Shown piece by piece: positions 60,766 through 64,000 of a stretch of DNA of 64,000 nt. Each line of letters begins with the position of its first letter. Position 1 is the first letter of the stretch. Both the position numbers and the translations under genes were made by a program. This DNA comes from Chromera velia (lineage: Eukaryota), in contig JAHBMJ010000488.1 of NCBI GenBank assembly GCA_018398765.1, positions 62,001 through 126,000 on the forward strand, in the 5' to 3' direction. The notes below the pieces were generated by a model. That model saw only the letters and a program-made list of their open reading frames with translations, was not told the origin of the DNA and made no database searches.

Positions 60766-62874
60766 TCACGTCGGTGGGACTCTGTGTGCCGCCACTGGCA
60801 CACAACACCGACTCCACTCCTCCATCATCAAGCGCGAGTGTTCTTCCGTTAAGCATTTCAGGATCTCTCTAAGGAGTTTCTTGTTCTTCCTGTTTGGCCC
60901 AGCTTCGTACTGTCCGCCTTTCTCCTTCACCCTCAGATGTAACTTCGCAAGTTGACCCCGTTCTTCTCTGCACCAGGCGCATGTTGTATGAAAATTTCTG
61001 TCTACATCAATAGAATCATGCATAAGAGAGTCGATGCGTATGCGCAAAAAAAATAAAAGATGAATAGAAAAGATGTCCACCAAACTAAGCACCAAAAGAA
61101 CCGCAGGGGAAGATCTTCTCGTCAGGACGCCTGCCCGCGTTGTCATGACACAACAAGAGTAACAGTGAAAATTGGTAGCTAGGAGGACAAGAAATGCATA
61201 TAGCCACATGCATCAGCAGTGGCAATGTGAAAAGCACGAGACGTTGAAAGCAGTTATTTTCTGGACAGATGAGATGAGAGGAGAGGGGAGGAGAGGAGTC
61301 TCAGAGGGGAGAAGCGGATCGATCGAGTGGACAGGAGGCGTAAATGAAAAGAAATAGAAGAGGACACAAAAGACTCGAACAAGAGAAATAGACAAGGAAA
61401 GCAAGACAATCAATCCTAGCAATCAGTCAGAGATTAGGCAGTGACTGCGGAAGTCAAGGACAAGGAAGCGAAAAGGTAGTACCTAACTCACTTCTCACTC
61501 ACTCCGACTCACTCACTCACCGATTCAGCTTCTCGATTATCTGCTGGTACCGAAATCCTGAACTTTCCAGACCGTGGACGAAAGAAGGCCCCTGAAGCAG
61601 ATGGGTGAACTCACACTCATTTGTTCGGATCAACCATTGCACATGAATCTCATCTTTGCCCCCCCCCTTCCCTCCCCCTCCAGATGGACTCAAGGCGGGC
61701 CACCTTGAAGTTCCTGAAAACATATGGGACCACAACGCAAAGAGAGCAACAAGGAAGAACATCAAGCCAAAGCCACAAAACGAACACAAAGGTTCATATG
61801 GCGAATTTCTGAATTGATTTGTAGAAATGTCACCGTGCATTGCAATGTTCTGAATGTCACCGTGGACATAGCCAAACCGTAGCCAAACCATGTGTGCAAA
61901 CAGACAAATACACGCGCAGACCAACTCAGGACAGGAGAAAGAACAGATACCCCCTCCTGACCAGTCTTTTCACCCACCAACCAAGAAAACCCCTCCACTC
62001 ACTCGAATTCATCCAATTTGTTAGAGTGCAGATGATTCCATGCATCAATTCATCAATTCATCCATCCATCCATTCCTTCTCTCTGTCACTTTTCTTACAC
62101 CTCTGCTCCTCTCTTCACCCTCTGCTCGAGTCGACATGATGCGAATGACAGACAGTCAGTCGCTCATTACCTCGCAACCCTTCTGGACGATCTCTGCGCG
62201 TTTGGGAGGGAGTTTTGTCCCGCGATCTTCTTATGAAATCACCCCCTGTCTCCTCCCCCCCACAGAGACAGGGAGAAGAGAATAATCATTAGTTATCATC
62301 TTTGCCCTCCAGGCAGCCAGCTTCATTTCACGCGCGTTCAGGTACGTATTCCCGTCAGAGGCACAAACATGAGAGCGAACGGGAAGACACACAAACGAAC
62401 AATCCTGCACTTCTTCTGCTATTTGCCCCCCCCGTCCCTTTGCTCATCACCTCGGAACCCTCCTGGAGGATCTCTGCGTGTTTGGGCGGGAGTTGTGTCC
62501 CTTGATCTCCTGCAATCAAATGAGCGGAACGGTAAAGTGAAGGTGAAAAAAGAATCCTCACCTCATTACTTCAAATGATGCACCCAGCTGGGTCCAGCAA
62601 GCTTCGTGGTTCGGAATGCGCAAGCATGAAGGACAAAGAAATGACATGACGATGCACTTGCGGGGAAAGGAGGCAAGAAAGGAGGGCGATTCAACAGGGA
62701 AAGGTCAGAAGGAGGATGCTTGCATGATTGAACATCTCAACAAGCATCCCAACTTTCAATGCGCATGACGAATAAACCAATCGACAGAGAAATGCTACAC
62801 ATGTAGAGACAGGCCGAATACACTACTTCCAGCCCACTTACCTGCTTTCTTGTCTTCCGCGCACCTTGAAGTCC
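60766..62874 (-). CDS. 3' exons of an unknown gene or pseudogene; 5' part not identified
   Basis: Phase-compatible GT-AG exons: 62874-62842, then 62509-62451 (or 62229-62171), 61591-61521 (GPSFVHGLESSGFRYQQIIEKLNR) and 60967-60766 (EERGQLAKLHLRVKEKGG...). No family recognised. Confidence 0.45.
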
Positions 62875-63039
62875 CTGAAAACACACGGGACCACAACGCA
62901 AAGAGAGTAACAAGGAACCACATCAAGCCACAAAACCAACACAAAGGTTCATGTGGCGAATTTCTGAATTGATTTGTAGAAATGTCACCGTGCATTGCAA
63001 TTTTCTGAATGTCACCGGAGACATAGCCAAACCATGTGT
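61701..63039. repeat. ~180-195 bp direct repeat pair (61701-61895 / 62862-63039)
   Basis: CACCTTGAAGT(T/C)CCTGAAAACA...GACATAGCCAAACC...ATGTGT in both copies, roughly 90% similar. Confidence 0.85.
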
Positions 63040-63289
63040 TTCTTTCGCATTCTCTCGATCGTTTCTTCTTTCTATGTATGCAGCACAAAGAGAAACAAAG
63101 ACAGACAGACAATGAGAAAAGAAAGAGAGACGAAAAAGAACGACACGGTCAGTCAGACAAATTGAGTGTGGGCAGACAGACTGTATGCAGTGCTTCTATC
63201 CTTTCTTCTTTCTGTCCAGTTACACGATTGTAGACAGACACGCACATAGGCAAACAGACAAATACACGCGCAAAGATGCGTACACACCC

Positions 63290-63445
63290 ATTGCACACAC
63301 ACACACACGCGCGCGCGCGCGCGCACGCACGCACACACACATAGAGAGAGAGAGAGAGAGACATACAAACATACACAGACATACGCACACACACACACAT
63401 ACGCACACATACACACAGACATACATACACACACACGCACGCACA

Positions 63446-63499
<54 letters not shown>

Positions 63500-63576
63500 G
63501 ACAGACAGACAGACACACACACACACACGCACACTCTTACACACACACACACACAAAAACACTCATACCTACGCTT

Positions 63577-63607
<31 letters not shown>

Positions 63608-63623
63608 GTCACACACACACACA

Positions 63624-63655
<32 letters not shown>

Positions 63656-63683
63656 CTCACACACACACACACACATACACACT

Positions 63684-63715
<32 letters not shown>

Positions 63716-63847
63716 CACACACACATAGAGAGAGAGAGAGAGAGACATACAAACATACACAGACATACGCACACACACACACATACGCACACATACACAC
63801 AGACAGACATACACACACACACACACACACATACATACACACGCACA

Positions 63848-63888
<41 letters not shown>

Positions 63889-63892
63889 NACA

Positions 63893-63927
<35 letters not shown>

Positions 63928-64000
63928 TCACACTCACTCACACACACACACACATACACACTCACACACACACGCACATACACACACACACACACACACA
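63290..64000. repeat. Compound (CA)n/(GA)n/(CG)n microsatellite with a block duplication
   Basis: Dinucleotide runs; the block starting GAGACATACAAACATACACAGACATACGCAC appears at ~63358 and ~63742. Confidence 0.95.

Noticed and set aside
61701..63039. TRIM/LTR pair
   Set aside because: No TG...CA termini, PBS or TSD; the repeat covers an intron and acceptor and fits a local duplication.
426..63995. Most short ORFs in the six-frame track (poly-HSFI, CV, HT, F/S-rich, and antisense ORFs such as 43566-44336)
   Set aside because: Translations of microsatellites, intronic low-complexity DNA, or antisense shadows of real exons.

Overview
Intron-rich eukaryotic nuclear DNA with GT-AG introns full of CA/GA/TCAT/CTGT microsatellites and AT-rich intergenic islands. 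The bipartite plastid-targeting leader on ChlH and the intron style suggest an alga with a secondary plastid, most likely a chromerid such as Chromera velia (inference only). Genes assembled by eye from exons: partial chlH (Mg-chelatase H, minus), a tandem CCCH zinc-finger protein, an unknown multi-TM/coiled-coil membrane protein, a signal-peptide-bearing Ser/Thr kinase with very large inserts, a bifunctional PAM-like peptide-amidating enzyme (PHM+PAL) with apparent type II topology, a TTC4/Cns1 co-chaperone, an intronless DGAT2-family acyltransferase, a long coiled-coil/ankyrin-like protein, and the 3' part of an unknown minus-strand gene. Mobile and repeat DNA: a 3.4 kb non-autonomous LTR element (5-bp TSD, tRNA-iMet-like PBS), a MITE with an 8-bp TSD, two LINE/SINE-like 3' tails, and a diverged 1.35 kb minisatellite. 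The most novel-looking signal is a family of tiny hairpin insertions, each flanked by a 30-40 bp target duplication; two of the three copies regenerate a splice acceptor, so the insert ends up intronic. Exon coordinates were read by eye and may be off by a few bases.
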